64,000 bases of DNA from an uncultured Solirubrobacterales bacterium (GTDB lineage: Bacteria > Actinomycetota > Thermoleophilia > Solirubrobacterales > 70-9). Below are positions 63,523 to 64,000 of this stretch, piece after piece. Position 1 is the first letter of the stretch; each line of letters starts with the position of its first letter. Where the stretch lies: the NCBI GenBank assembly GCA_963697695.1, contig OY969094.1, positions 2,415,958-2,479,957 on the forward strand, written 5' to 3'. The translations under genes were made by a program, and so were the position numbers. Under the pieces are notes generated by a model, which saw only the letters and a list, made by a program, of their open reading frames with translations, searched no databases and had not been told where the DNA came from.

Positions 63523-64000
63523 TTGCAAGGAGCAGCGGAAAACCGGCTTGGTGGCAGGTCACGCGCGCTGGTCGCCGTGGCCCTGGCCTGCGCGCTCGTC
63601 GCCCTGGTCGCGGCGATCTCGCCTGGGGCGGCGGACTCCGCCCCCGCTCAGGTCGTCGTCCTCGGCAAGACGGCAACCACGCCGCCGCCCTCTTGCCCGG
63701 GCAAAGTCGTCAATGGCGTCGAGACGGTTCCCTGCCGCGTCGAGGGCCATGTCACCGGCTTCCAGGCGGTTGCCGGCGGCGTCGCCAAACCCTATGAGGC
63801 GCCCTTCGACGGCAAGATCGTCGCCTGGTCGATCACTCTGGCGCGCCCTTCCAAGGCGGACACGGATACGACCAACAACGAGGTCAGCTTCTTCGACGAC
63901 TTCCTCGGCAGCCCCTCGCAGGCCCGGATCGGGGTCCTGCGACCGGTGGAAGACTCCAAACCTCCCAAATACACACTGGTCCGCCAGAGCCCGCTCGAGA
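63523..64000 (+). CDS. secreted hypothetical protein, 3' end outside the window (not in the ORF track)
   Basis: Open frame with strong GC3 from about 63523 to the window end. Signal-like RSRALVAVALACALVALVAAISPGAADSA. The start codon is uncertain (TTG at 63523, 63514 or 63508). Confidence 0.5.
   Translation, partial: MQGAAENRLGGRSRALVAVALACALVALVAAISPGAADSAPAQVVVLGKTATTPPPSCPGKVVNGVETVPCRVEGHVTGFQAVAGGVAKPYEAPFDGKIVAWSITLARPSKADTDTTNNEVSFFDDFLGSPSQARIGVLRPVEDSKPPKYTLVRQSPLE

Noticed and set aside
63391-63528. N-terminal 46 codons of the listed 113-aa ORF upstream of the amidase
   Set aside because: Codon usage is atypical (CAA, GAT, TCT, TTG ...), and the segment runs into the start region of a plus-strand secreted-protein gene. 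The ATG at 63390 gives a GatC-sized product.

Overview
Very GC-rich, Actinobacteria-like chromosomal window. The order rplM-rpsI-glmM ... glmS ... acpS-nnr-alr is the classic actinobacterial arrangement. No rRNA, tRNA or CRISPR array was seen.

(1) Bases 1-27.1 kb are an accessory region rich in IS elements and repeats. It encodes mostly very large secreted or surface proteins:
- a TolB-like propeller protein and a 949-aa secreted protein;
- an S1 protease fused to FG-GAP repeats;
- a protein with four LamG domains;
- a 2366-aa protein with YD repeats and a C-terminal S1 protease, followed by a small lipoprotein.

The same region also holds a DUF4365-TPR protein next to an IS481-family element, a 288-bp internally deleted IS3-family element, a stand-alone DnaJ-type zinc-finger miniprotein, and several gene fragments (STAS, SEC-C).

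The block from about 4.25 to 27.3 kb lies between two paralogous Flp-pilin 5' regions. The left pilin copy loses its normal 3' end exactly where an AT-rich conserved element begins. That element (AATAGAAACCTTAGTAAGACCCGAAACCTA...) occurs four times, always in the same orientation, each time upstream of the next cassette of plus-strand genes (secreted or membrane proteins). I regard this cassette-like organisation, the protein with the C-terminal protease plus its lipoprotein, and the IS-split TM-protein/DUF4365-TPR pair as the best candidates for undescribed biology.

(2) Bases 27.1-64 kb are housekeeping:
- vapBC, rph, rdgB, a CDF transporter, a Roadblock/LC7 protein, tldD-pmbA, hup, pyrF, a LysM protein, a D-Ala-D-Ala carboxypeptidase, pfkB, a guaB3-like gene and guaA;
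- a GxGD membrane protein, an M23 peptidase, rplM, rpsI (with a long acidic N-terminal extension), glmM, glmS and acpS;
- a second, frameshifted IS481-family copy, a Vps62-like protein, nnr, a CBS protein, alr, a CCA-adding-like enzyme, a crotonase and infA;
- a tightly coupled minus-strand operon (small subunit, amidase, ABC-2 exporter, GH63-like hydrolase).

Many long antisense ORFs in the track are GC-driven shadow ORFs and were rejected. All functional calls rest on motifs I recognise by eye. No database search was run.
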